A DNA stretch of 64,000 nt, taken from a virus. Lineage: Duplodnaviria; Caudoviricetes. A program made the position numbers and the translations under genes. Below the pieces are notes generated by a model. It had not been told where the DNA came from. It made no database searches and was given only the letters and a program-made list of their open reading frames with translations. Position 1 is the stretch's first letter. Every line of letters begins with the position of its first letter. Of the stretch, positions 63,900 to 64,000 are shown one piece after another. Where the stretch lies: positions 181 through 64,180 of the IMG/VR virus record IMGVR_UViG_3300043436_003602. One strand, given 5' to 3'.

Positions 63900-64000
63900 A
63901 TCAATATCTCCATCGCGTTATTGCGATAAAAACACAATACGATGATGGATCAGCGGAGTCAACACCCGCAATCTCGTTTATCCTCGCATGTCGATTTTGG
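63899..64000 (-). repeat. 102-bp direct repeat containing promoter-hairpin cassette (copy 9), truncated by window end
   Basis: Identical to 62366-62467. Confidence 0.95.

Noticed and set aside
1-64000. Apparent excess of TCGA-containing palindromes as evidence of DNA modification
   Set aside because: Can be explained by NTC-GAN codon pairs common in alphaproteobacterial-type coding sequence; needs a Markov-model count that was not run.

Overview
The window is most or all of a tailed dsDNA phage genome with siphovirus-type architecture. The host is probably an alphaproteobacterium, judged from the GTA-like DUF2460/DUF2163/NlpC tail-tip module and a CtrA-like DNA-binding protein. No integrase, tRNA, rRNA or CRISPR array was seen. 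Layout: (i) minus-strand early region at both window ends (1-4.6 kb and 48.8-64 kb), which suggests a circularly permuted map; (ii) primase-helicase; (iii) plus-strand nucleotide-metabolism and replication operon (kinase, MazG-like enzyme, two ThyA-fold paralogues, dCMP deaminase, UDG-domain PolA, exonuclease, Sak4-like ATPase, SSB, VRR-NUC, SNF2 helicase); (iv) a lysis module split across both strands; (v) minus-strand morphogenesis operon (21-44 kb); (vi) accessory genes including ThyX, a pyrimidine-dimer glycosylase-like protein and DNA ligase. Best candidates for something new: (1) a putative cytosine-modification pathway built on a tandem pair of ThyA-fold enzymes, both with Asp at the dCMP-specificity position, while a separate ThyX could supply dTMP; (2) nine sigma70 promoter + 5'-hairpin (CGC-AATAAC-GCG) cassettes alongside five paralogous HTH-like proteins; (3) domains reused within the genome (a module shared by the terminase C-terminus, a capsid-adjacent protein and a fibre adaptor; the primase C-terminal domain reused next to an origin-like region; an insert shared by the tail tube and head-tail connector); (4) degenerate dispersed non-coding elements. 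All family calls come from motif recognition by eye; no database searches were run.
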